From assembly GCF_006345805.1 (NCBI RefSeq), contig NC_042998.1, forward strand, positions 139,562,001 through 139,626,000: a stretch of 64,000 nt of DNA, written 5' to 3'. Shown in pieces: positions 52,743-64,000 of the stretch; position 1 is the stretch's first letter, and each line of letters starts with the position of its first letter. The DNA is from Octopus sinensis (lineage: Eukaryota). The notes beneath the pieces were generated by a model, which saw only the letters and a program-made list of their open reading frames with translations, searched no databases and was not told where the DNA came from. Position numbers and translations under genes: made by a program.

Positions 52743-53076
52743 GTATTGTTACCATTTTGGTTCTTCCCTCACTCCACATCCAAGTTAATTCTGTGTATGT
52801 GTGTGTGTGTGTGTGTGTTTTATGTATGTATGTTTTTTCTTTGAGTTTTATTTAAGTTCTTCAAAGAGTTCAAGCCGGTGGCTAACAAAGCGACAATATT
52901 TTTTGAGTTGAGAGATTTCGGTGTGTGCTGAGTTGGTATGTATGTATGTATGTATGTATGTATGTATGTATGTATGTATGTATGCTTACCTGTATTTATG
53001 TACGTACTATATGTATGGATGCATGTACATGCATGTGTGTGTGTGTGTGTGCGTGCGTGTACATCTATATATATAT

Positions 53077-53107
<31 letters not shown>

Positions 53108-53235
53108 TACACACACATATATTTATATATGGGAAGAAATGTATATATGAATTTCTTGTATGGTGTATCTATGTATGTATGTGTGAGTATAAGTATAAGC
53201 GTGTGTGCATGTGTCAGTATTTATGTATGTGTGTA

Positions 53236-53277
<42 letters not shown>

Positions 53278-55221
53278 AGAGAAAGAAAGAGACAGACAGA
53301 CGTAGAATCAGAGAGAAATAGCACACTTTCCCCATCTTTTGTGTTCTTCATATCTTTTTTTCATGTTTGTCTTTTTCATCTCCTTTCTTCTTTTCTTTTA
53401 ATAATTTTTTTTTTCGTTTTCCTTTCTATCGTCCTTTTCATTTTATTGATATATATTTATTCCTTTCTTTACATTTTTTATTAATTTATTTTATCTATAT
53501 TTTGAATTAACTAATTGAATTAATTCTTAATTACTTAATTAGATTACGCTCGTTCTTTTCTTTTGTTCTTGGTTTTGTTTTATTCTTTCCCTTTTTCTTC
53601 CCTCCATTTTCATTTATATCCCAACGGGCTGGCATTATTCGAAAAACTACAACAATGCGAGAAAGTGCATTGTGACCAGCGGTGTATAACGTCATCCGAT
53701 AGTCTGGTCGCTATAGTAATACAGTGGTATCTATGTGGTTATGTATTTTATTTTTATTTATTTGAATAACTATATCCCATTTAACACTGCTTCAATTAAT
53801 TAATTTCAGTCAATATCATTCGTCTTCTTTTGCGCCGAGTTCAAGCCCAGTCGAGGTCAACTTTGCATTTCATCGTAAAGTAACAACGACATAACGGAGT
53901 TGATTAAATCTACTAACAAGATCTCCTGAAGTTTGCGGCCTTTTTGCCACTACCTGAAATCAATATAATTGATCCCATGTCTTATAAGTGTTAAATATAC
54001 TCGATAGTTCCGAGACAGACCGCTCTTTGGAAGAATGAACAATGAGACAGCTGTTCCCCAATATGGTCATAGCTAATTGTCTGTAATCAGCAGAAAAGTA
54101 ATTGATATATTCGTAGAAATAAACTAAAAGCAAACTACATTGGTTGCTAATTGAAATCGAATCAAAGTTATATACATTTGGCTTCCAAACATGCTATATC
54201 TTGTGGATGTTATGTAGGGCAATGAAGATGAATAAGTTGATATAACGTCGGCCTTAATATAATTTTAGGTGCATTTATTTTTTTATGATTCTGGATTCAA
54301 ATTCTGCTATAGCCGACTTTACATTTAATTAATATGTAGTTCGGAAGAGGTCCCTCATAGACACACAAACGGAACCAGGGCAAATGTGACCCTTCAGCTC
54401 TCTAGCTGCTTATGTAAGAGAAGGTAACTCCATACATACTTTGTATCCTGATAATTACTGGCCTCTTAACATTTGTTGCACCAGACCAATACAAGTTTGA
54501 AGGACGAAAGAGTGGGTCTGGTTCTGCACAAACCATGCCCACAATAATAATATTCATCGTGTAGGTTGTACAACTAAAACACTAACACCAACACCAACAC
54601 CTCATGCTTTCTTCACTAGCCCAGAGGTGATAGAAAAAGAGGAGACGAAAGACAGATAGAGGATGCTACAGGAAATCTTCAGTTTTGACTTTGCACACAT
54701 ATAGCCATAGGATAATGGTTGTTTATCCATAGATTTGGGGCAGATGTGGATTTTTGTACCATTTTAAGGGGACAGAACAGATCTCATTAGGTGCAGCAGT
54801 TGAACCCTCGTTTGTCGAAGCGACGAGAGTCTATAAGTCATGATACAGTATTTCTAGAAATATGGAATCTTTTCCATCGTCTATAAAGTAGTGTTAAGTT
54901 CCCTAGTTGATTATTTTCATCTTATTTACTAGTCGTGCCGCCAATTTCCGGTTATACCCATTAGTTTGAAAAATGAGGGGCTCCCCTAGTTTCACTTATC
55001 TTTAGAATACTACACGTTGACGAAGGTTTCGGTAATTATTTTCTGACCATTAAAACTTCGATGTTTTTATACATGTTCTTTCTTTAATTGAAGTATTGCC
55101 TAGGGTTACATTATTTTGTAGATATCCAAACTGCTCTTCTTTTCTTCTTGGTTTAAAGTAAAATCGTAATTTATCCTGTTTTTTTTTTAATCAAATTGTT
55201 TATATTTTTATTCCGTTGCAG

Positions 55222-56356
55222 ATACAACAGCTCCCGAGCAAAGTGCATCAAGTGCATCTATTGCAATGTATTTTTCTCCCCAAACAAATTTATATTCCAT
55301 TTTCATCGTCTGCCAAATACGGTGTACAGACATGCCGACGCTGCAAACTTCAATTCTTGGCGCAAACATCTTCACTTGGCTGAGCCTCTACCCTCAGAAG
55401 ATATTATTCATGCTTGGGAAGACGTCAAAGCCATGTTCAATGGGGGTAGCCGCAAGAGACTTGGCGGCACTCTGCAATTGGACCCGAAGACAAAGAGTAA
55501 AGACGTAGGTTTTGTTCCTTACTCCCAAAAAGAGAATTCTGGAGATGTCGACGTTCCTATATCCCTGGCCGAAAGGTTTCACACGGCTCCTTCTTATCCT
55601 GTAAACCCTGTATACAACACAGCTGCTTCTTCGCTATTAACAAGGACCCACCCCGCTTTCCCTAAACCACGTGTTCCGACCAGTTATGGAGACTTCTTCA
55701 GGTCTCTAAGTGCCCCTTATAGCATGTGGTGGATGAAATATGCACCGCTATCGGCTGGTTACAATATCAATCAGCTTCCAAGGCCTCCTTTGGAAATACC
55801 TGGAATGTCTCAACCGTGGTTACCAAATTTAAAAAACATCCCAGACCTTAACATATCACCGGATGTCAACAGCAAAACACCTTTGAAATATAACCCCTGT
55901 GACTATGGAGACCAGTGGAACTGGTACGGCCTGATGCCGAACCATTTCCAAACCCAGCACGCAGCAAACTCTTTCGACAGGCCCGACTTAGAAAGCAATA
56001 TCTGCAGTATGAAAAAACACTACGATGATGAAATAAACGTGACCAGCAACACATGCAAACATCAACCTAGTCACAGTAATAACAGTAACAATAGTAATAA
56101 CAGCAACAGTAGTAGCAGCAGCAGCAGCAATGCTCCAAACACAGACGATAGAAAAATACTGTCAGTCCACCATGATGACTTGAATAGCGATAACTGTTCG
56201 TATTTCGATGAGAATGAAACAGAAGTATCGAGTCCGAAATATTCCAGAAGAGATTCTGATCATGTGAATATTCGGTCATCGTTTTCTCCTGTAGGTGAAC
56301 CGGCACAACATTTAACCAATCAGAAAGAACCAAAAAAAGGCGCATTTACCTTAAAG
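55222..56356 (+). CDS. SKOR: SKOR exon 2 (SAND-like SMAD4-binding domain plus low-complexity region)
   Basis: Acceptor ttgcag|A completes AGA; YNSSRAKCIKCIYCNVFFSPNKFIFHFH..DAANFNSWRKHL; donor AAG|GTGAGA (phase 0). Confidence 0.93.
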
Positions 56357-56477
56357 GTGAGATATATTTTTCATATATTTTGAAGTAAAGTATTCATGTT
56401 GGAAAGTTATCACAGAACCAAACTAATTAATGCAGTCTCTTACTTACACCCCTTATGTATATATATATATATATATA

Positions 56478-56855
56478 CACTACCGTCAGAAATTAATTAG
56501 CACCCTTGATTTGCTCTTCCCTCAAGGTATGTGCATTCACCTAGTGGCCATATCTCGAACTATTGCTTTGTTGCGAGTTCACTGTTGCGCAGAACGATGA
56601 CGTAACTTTGTTTGCAGAGCAGTTTGAGAGTCTACAGCCTTATGATGTTGACATAGCAGTGCAACAACAACTTGGAGTGCGGATGCAGACAAATCTTCCT
56701 TTGTTTAATAGATATAGGTAGCGCCTCGCAAGGACCGAAATCACACCATACTAAGTTTTCTCATCGCGTAAGACGTTTTGAACAGCTCATAGGTTAATTG
56801 ATTTAACCTATTTAATGTAGAAATTTGAGAAGTGCTAATTAATTTCTGACGCAAG
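56478..56855. mobile_element. Tc1-type MITE in SKOR intron 2
   Basis: TIR cores cgtcagaaattaattagcac and gtgctaattaatttctgacg; (TA)n on both flanks. Confidence 0.75.
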
Positions 56856-56916
<61 letters not shown>

Positions 56917-57425
56917 TGTATGTATGTATGTATGTATGATTGTATGTATGTATTCATGCGTATCAAAGGGTTTTTAACCCAGTATTTACTCGCTATTATT
57001 TGTAGCTTTATCTGCTTCGAGACCTACCGTTCCAAGCAGAATTATTTTACATATGCATATATGTATAGTTTAATGTTCCGTTAAGGTAAGATCAAAAAGA
57101 AAGTAATCCACTCAGTGAAAGGTAAATATCTTTTAATGTACATGCGCTATTAATAGTTTCTTGCTGTGGAAACACGTGTCTAGACAGGTTTTATAAAAAA
57201 CCTAGAAATGTGTTTCCACAGCAACAAACTATTAGTAGCTCGTATCTTTATACTGTGTATATTAAATGAAATATATCTACACCCACGGGCACGCGCAAAG
57301 GTATAGAATATATGCATATATGTATGTATATTTGTGTGTGTATATCTATGCATATAGATACATAGGTACATACATACAAACGCACACACACGCACGCACA
57401 GATACATACAGATATATATACATAT

Positions 57426-57717
57426 ATCACGTGACCATGTGGCCGACCAGAGCATCAGATGTTGCTACACATCGCTGGTCACAATTCGTTCATATTGTTT
57501 TAGACTTCGAACGACGCCACCCCGCTGGCTAAGCGAGCAGGCCAACAGAAGAAAGAGAGAAAGAGTGGTGAAAGAGTACAGCAGGGATCACCACCCCCTG
57601 CCGGCGACTCGTGGAGCTTTTAGGTGTTTTCGCTCAATAAACATACACAACGCCCGGTCTGGGAATCGAAACTGCGATCCTACAACTGCCAGTCCGCTGC
57701 CCTAACCACTGGGCCAT
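57426..57717 (-). mobile_element. SINE family B copy in SKOR intron 2
   Basis: Reverse complement of 38346-38647. Confidence 0.85.
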
Positions 57718-57799
57718 ATAAATATATATATGTATATATGTATGTATGCATGTGAGTATGTATGTGTGTGTTTGTGTGTGTGTGTGATACACACACACA

Positions 57800-57830
<31 letters not shown>

Positions 57831-57836
57831 CACACA

Positions 57837-57902
<66 letters not shown>

Positions 57903-58831
57903 ATTGTTGCTATTATGTTAAACTGTCGTATATACAATTTGGCCAAATGCGTTATTTTCAATATTTATTTTTGCTTGCAATAGCCAGTTCTTTTGGTCAA
58001 ACTATGGTATCTCCAGCTGCTTCAGATGCCAAAATATCAAAAATTGTCAAAGTTTTGCTATTGAATGGTGAAACTATTTTTTCGTTTTTTATCACAAAGC
58101 AACATTTTGGGCTTGCGACACTTTTGCATAATAGCTACGATATATATATAAATTTGCATGTGTGTATGTGTGTGTGGTAATTTTTTTCCTTTGCATCACA
58201 TCATTTTTTTTTAAAGCCAAACATTATTTCATCTCATAAAATTTAAATAATTTATTTATATATCTTATACTGTTGTATTTTGTTTGCGTCAGTTATATTA
58301 GACGTTTTATACACACGCACTATTAAAATGTTCGTCCTTATTGTTAGTGTTCACAGTACCAAAGCGGTTTGTTGAGCAGTATCTACTTCATCTCCATCAT
58401 TATCATACTTCATTTCTTATTTACAGACAAGACCAATTTTTTTATGATCAGGGACGACACCCTTATACTATTCCTTAAAAAGGTGTGTTATCACTTGAAC
58501 TAATGTCAGTACATTGCTGGTACTATTTCATAGACCCTAATGGGAAAGCAATGAAACTAAATTCTAGTATTTTACCCTTTCTGACAATTCACACTACTTC
58601 ACAAGCATATTCCACCGTAGGACCCTTTATATAGTCGCTTGACCATCAAGAAATAGTTACTAAATTCCCTCGTATAATTCACTACGGTTTTTAAAAAGAT
58701 GACACATTGGCAATGTAATCTGAGATGTAAATAAAAATGGGATGGTCACGACTGGAATCCCTGATCATATATCTGCTGAATTAGTGTTGATTTTGGGTTA
58801 TATAACAGTTGTTGATACTATAATTTGGTAA

Positions 58832-59025
58832 TATTGATTTCAAATTTTGGCACCGGGCCAGCAATTTCGGGGCAGGGGTAAATAGATTACATGGACCCCA
58901 GTACTCAACTGGTACTTATCGACCCTGAAAATATGAAAGGCAAAGTCGAACTCGGCGAAATTTGAACTCAAAACATGAAGACAGACGAAATGCCGCTAAG
59001 TATTTTCCCGCTCGCCGCCTTATAA
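58832..59025 (-). mobile_element. SINE family C copy in SKOR intron 2
   Basis: Matches 42326-42540. Confidence 0.8.
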
Positions 59026-59374
59026 GCGACAAAAGAAAATATGATTTCACTAGTTCATGTTTATATAAACAGTTTATCTGAATATTAAAGTTCAACAACA
59101 TTTGTTTTAACAAACCGTTTAAAAAAGTGAGTGAATATAAAATGGTTCTTGGTTAGATATCACCGCGTGGCTCTGATTCACGTTTTACTTTCTTGAAAAC
59201 TTTCAGAAAAGGTTTATGGACTCTCAAAATCTACAGGAAATCTCTTTCCCTCTATGCATTCGTCTTCCTCCCATCTTTTCCTTTCCCCTCTCTTTTTTTT
59301 TCTTGTATATTTATTTAAAAGCACCAGAAATCAAATTCATCGATGTAGTAATATGACACCTTTCTTGATTGTAG

Positions 59375-59411
59375 GCAAACATATTGGCAACAGATGAAGA
59401 GTCGCTTTCGG
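59375..59411 (+). CDS. SKOR: Putative SKOR exon 3 (37 nt, ANILATDEESLS)
   Basis: tttcttgattgtag| acceptor and |GTGAGT donor; phase 0 in and phase 1 out, open frame. Confidence 0.6.
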
Positions 59412-59849
59412 GTGAGTAACATATTGTTTATTGAATCTACTGTTTTCATAATGAAGTTATAAGACGTTCTATGAGGTTCATTTATATGATAATGGTTTCA
59501 CTTTGCGGAAATAGTGTAACTACATATTCATATGAAATGGAACTAAAATGACAACTAATCTACATTCCACACAATCGTATGAGAGAGTGACGAAACAATT
59601 AATTAAATTATCCCAGTCCATGAATGCTTTTTATTTTATCGAATTCTGAAGGAACGGAAAACAAAGGTGACAAAACTATATTATAAAGCCTTCTGATATT
59701 CGTGTCTCCCACCACATATGAATATAACGAGGATTTCTCACATTTATAAAAGGGCACACATATCCAAGGGATGGTTATGATCAGATACGAACATGATCCT
59801 TTGTTATATCTTGGGGCTTTTCTTTCAAAACAATACAAACATCCTACTT

Positions 59850-60245
59850 AGAACAGAAATAAATACGTTTCCATAGGCGATTTTTCTTTAGACTCCATTA
59901 ACAGTCGTTAAACGACGAATATAAACCGTTGTCAAATTTGGGTTTTCTTAAAAAAAAAGAATCCAATTTTCTAATAGACCAAAAGTAAATACGTTTTTAT
60001 ATATTCCTCTAGACTCCATTGATGACTACTCTCAGTTACATATATTATCTTTGGTTAAATTTGGATTTTTTCTTTCAAAAAAAAAAATCCAAATTTCCTA
60101 TTTAGAACGAAACTGACTAATGTTTTACGATACGGTGTTGTTTTAGACTTCATTAACTACAGTCGGCTGCAAATGATCGATTTTGTGTTTTCTTTTAAAA
60201 AATTCAAAATTCTTATACAGAACAAAATTGAATACGTTTTCTTAA
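59850..60245 (+). repeat. Degenerate tandem repeat, 3-4 units of ~120-130 bp
   Basis: tagactccatt/tagacttcatt, aatacgtttt and aaatttgg..aaaaaa..atccaa recur with that spacing. Confidence 0.65.
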
Positions 60246-60576
60246 AGGATGTTTCTTTAAAGTATAATATATGTATTGCTTTTGGTAGCAGTTTCATAAG
60301 TTTCAGGAAGTATTGTGTAACTACAATCATAAAACTAATTTCAGCTGGACTGAAATCATGGCAATCAAAATCCCCTGATTAGGCAACTCATAAAATTAAC
60401 CTCCAATAAACTGAATCAATCTACAAATTGATTCTCCAAGATATAAAACGTATAGATGATGATGGTACTATAAAATATGCTATTAATAATAGAGAGAAAA
60501 GAAAGGTGAAACATTTTGATTCACTTAATGTGAAGATGTTTTATTTATTATTTTTTTTCATTGATTCTGTTTCTAG

Positions 60577-60633
60577 ATGGCGAATTAGAGAAAATGATTC
60601 CTGAAAATATTCAACTTGAACAAATTTCGATAG
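60577..60633 (+). CDS. SKOR: Putative SKOR exon 4 (57 nt, [19 protein letters not shown]); gene continues beyond
   Basis: Long pyrimidine tract ending tttctag| and donor |GTAAAC; phase 1 to phase 1, compatible with exon 3. Confidence 0.6.
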
Positions 60634-60675
60634 GTAAACAACTATATCTATCTATTTATCTATATATCTGTCTAT

Positions 60676-60806
<131 letters not shown>

Positions 60807-60944
60807 GTGTGTGTGTGTGTGGTGTGTATATATATATATATATATACACCTATATATATATATACATATATGTATTATATATATGTATATAATATATATA
60901 CATATATATATATATATATACATATGTATATATATACATATATG

Positions 60945-60978
<34 letters not shown>

Positions 60979-61062
60979 ATGTATATATATAATGTATATA
61001 TATATATATATATGTATTATATATGTGTAAATGTATATATATATATATATATATAATATATA

Positions 61063-61107
<45 letters not shown>

Positions 61108-61313
61108 AATGTATATATATATGTATATATATGTATGTATATATATATAATGGATGCGCTCAGCGCGCGACAATTTTTGCCATTTTGGTTTCGACTATTA
61201 TTGATATTCACATTAAATTCTCACTGTTGCGTGATCACGGAGGATCCTGTGCTGTCTGAGGTGGGTTATAACGTAATGTAACGTAATATAAAGAGCATAT
61301 CAATAATGAGCGT

Positions 61314-61579
61314 AAAGAACATGAGTTTCAACTTGGTACTTCATGTTACATATGTTTCAGTACCCGTTAACGGTATGCTGTCACCCCATAGATGCAATCC
61401 TTAGATGCATCTCATAAGGACAGCACACATAATCAAAAAATTCTGTCTGGGGATGTGTTTGATTATGCATACTGTCTTATGAGATGAATCTACGGATTGC
61501 ATCTATAGTGTGTTACGGAATACTGAAACATATGTAACATATGAAATAAAGGAGTACCATATTCAAGCTCATGTTCTTT
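61314..61579. repeat. Imperfect fold-back element (~265 bp)
   Basis: aaagaacatgag..catgttacatatgtttcagta..catagatgcaatcc..ctcataag..cataatcaaa is mirrored across a ~20-nt loop. Confidence 0.85.
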
Positions 61580-61957
61580 TTTCTCTCATGATATATATCT
61601 GCGTGTATAAGTGTACATGTGTGTTGTGAGTGTGTGTACGTATGTGTGATTACACACATTCACACACACACAAACACATACACTAGTGCTAACACGCTAT
61701 CTTTAAGATAGCATGTCTTACATTGGTTTCATATCATTGAATCATATATTCTTATAGTATATATGCGTAAGTATACATATGGTATACATGTGAAAATGCT
61801 GGCAATACACACCACATGAATGAAGCTCGAGCACTAATAATGGGAAACATCAAGTAGAACAATAAGCTGAAATGCAATTTCGTTAAATGAATGGGCATTT
61901 ATATTGCAATGAAAAACTACCACCTAAACACTTTCAATAAAATTATATATGTATATA

Positions 61958-63084
61958 CAGGGATTGGACAAAATAATGGAAACACCTAGCATCATAGCTT
62001 CATAATTTTGAAATATCTATAGAACCGTCAAAATCTCGTTTATTCTAATGTTTTTTATTTATTTATTTATTTATTTATTTATTATTAGTGTTGCTTAATA
62101 TGTTTGGCTAAAATTGCTGTTTCTTTTCGGATATCATCAGAAAAGGTAATTAAAATCGAAAGTAATGACAGCCTTTGAGAAAGAGGGAAAAACCTCCTTG
62201 TCGAAACAAACCTCCGGAAGAAAACCAAAACTTTCAGATAGGGACCGCCGGACTCTTACGCGAATTGTTAGAAAGGATCACAAAAGTACAGCTCCCAAAA
62301 TTTCTGCAGAGCTTAATGACTACCTCGAGAACCCAGTTTCCACAAAACCTGTTCGCCGGGAGTTGCACAATGCCGGATTTCAAGGGAAGGCTGCAATTAG
62401 AAAACCAGTACTTTCAAAAGCAAACGTTGCAAAGCGTTTAGAGTAGAGTAAAAACCTACAGAATTGGTCCCTAGAGCAGTGGAAGAATGTTATTTTCTCG
62501 GATGAGTCATCCTTTACCTTATTTCTGACCAACGGCCGAGTATACGTATGGAGACAGCCAAAAGAAGCATTTGACCCAGACTGCTTTCTTCCAACTGTTA
62601 AACATGGAAGAGGATCTGTGATGATCTGGTGAAGCGGGGGGGGGTATATCTTGGACAAAAAGCCAGTCCAATGGTTTTCCTTCATGGCAAAATTAATAGT
62701 CAAGAATATTTAAGAATTTTATCTGATCAAATTCATACTATGGTTGCAGAACTGTTTCGGAGGGAGACGCAATCTTTCAGGATGATAATGCACCAATTCA
62801 CATAGCTAAAGTTGTTACTGAATGGCACAAGGAACATTCTAGTTAAGTTGAACATCTTTTCTGGCCACCACAGTCCCCAGATCTCAATATTATTGAACAT
62901 TTATGGTGCATTTTAGAAAAACAAGTAAGGAGTCGATATCCTCCACCATCATCACTACAAGAATTGGAGACTCTTTAAGCTGAAGAATGGACAAAAATTC
63001 CTTTGGAAACAAGTCAACTTTGTACACGTCCATATCTCTTAGAATTCAAACTGTAATTACTGTCAAAGGTGGTCCTACCCCATA

Positions 63085-63088
<4 letters not shown>
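61958..63088 (+). mobile_element. Tc1-family DD36E transposon, defective, right TIR missing
   Basis: TA-CAGGGATTGGACAAAATAATGGAAACACC left end; SGRKPKLS HTH, VIFSDES, VKHG, FQDDNAP..WPPQSPDLNIIE (36 residues from D to E) and GGPTPY-stop. Confidence 0.9.
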
Positions 63089-63153
<65 letters not shown>

Positions 63154-63169
63154 ACAATAATAATAACAA

Positions 63170-63920
63170 GGGTTATTACGAAGTGACATTGCATTACCTT
63201 TAATCCTTTTTATATATACAGTTTTACATAGACACATGTTTCAACTGCACTGATTAATAACCGTTGGAATTGCAACCCTATTATGGTTATTATGGTACTG
63301 GTGCAGTTTCTTTAGGAACTTAAATATCCTTCGATTTATCTGTAAAGTTTTTCGTTTATCTACTGTGCGTTGTATGATGTAGAGTTGTTCGTTAAATTAG
63401 ACGCCAACTGTCTTCAATTCAAGTTTTGATTGGATAATCACTTATAGTCCGTTATTCAAAACAATTGTTTATTGTTCATTTATACTGGGCAAATGTGAAC
63501 TTCCTTATGCGCAAGCATCTCAAAGTTTGTTCCTGTTTAGAATTTATTACATTCCCCTTAGATGTAAAAATTTGGTAAACTTCTTCTAAACCTAAATCAC
63601 ATTTTCTAGTTCCAGGTCTGTATGGTTTTGCAGTACAACTTAATTCCCAATTGATAGTATAGTCTTTGGTTGTCTTTAACAGACCACATTAATTTACTAA
63701 GACTTGTTTAGAATTTTTTTTTATCTCAAATACCGTTATCCTATTTACGTTTATGTGTAGTGAAAAACTGAGTCCATCTCATTCACGTTATTGTCACCCT
63801 TCTGATGCAAACCGAACGTAACCATATTCTTTGTTTATATATAACATACAAAGTGAAAGTGAACCAAAAGAAGCTGATATGTAGATATATAATAGCAATG
63901 TAACTTTAGTATTACTTCTT
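63170..63920 (-). mobile_element. Penelope-like element relic (endonuclease-end region)
   Basis: Minus frame LKTTKDYTINWELSCTAKPYRPGTRKCDLGLEEVYQIF..INSKQEQTLRCLRIRKF resembles the PLE C-terminal CxLCxxEK..LLNxxxE..CRH motif. Confidence 0.65.
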
Positions 63921-64000
63921 AAAATAATTGTTATACATATGCAAATATGCCCCACCGACTTTTTTCCTCGTGACTTCTAGAAAACTGGGTATTTTTTAAT

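Noticed and set aside
52204-56356. Calling the gene SKI, SnoN or Dachshund
   Set aside because: LCLAQISNTLL, YNEIHNRRVALGITC and DAANFNSWR are SKOR/Fussel-specific; the SKOR1 versus SKOR2 paralog cannot be assigned for an invertebrate.
58427-58447. Alternative acceptor tttacag|ACAAGA as SKOR exon 3
   Set aside because: In phase 0 it reaches TGA after six codons and has no clear donor; the 59375 exon fits better.

Overview
This is eukaryotic genomic DNA, very rich in microsatellites and transposon relics. The SINE families and simple-repeat load suggest a coleoid cephalopod, probably Octopus (inference, no search run). One host gene is supported: a SKI-family corepressor of the SKOR/Fussel type on the + strand. 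It has four phase-compatible exons (52204-52742, 55222-56356, 59375-59411, 60577-60633) and runs off the right end. The first ~52 kb is a gene desert of decayed mobile elements. These include LINEs (Tx1-like, RTE, CR1-like, possibly R4/Dong), a Ty3/Gypsy integrase plus LTR, and Tc1/mariner elements (DD37D, DD36E, mariner fragments, MITEs). There is also a hAT-like element, Penelope-like relics and many copies of about five tRNA-derived SINE families. The most notable observations are: (1) two families of minimal type I hammerhead-ribozyme folds in Penelope-like termini, one with an unusual CUGUUGA core in three copies; (2) a 683-bp spacerless palindrome within a fold-back cluster at 11.8-16.7 kb, possibly a long-read artefact; (3) a DD36E Tc1 element; (4) a Tx1 LINE ending in a (CTAT)n array; and (5) inverted SINEs flanking SKOR exon 2. 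Most short ORFs in the supplied track are microsatellite translations. Repeat boundaries were estimated by eye.
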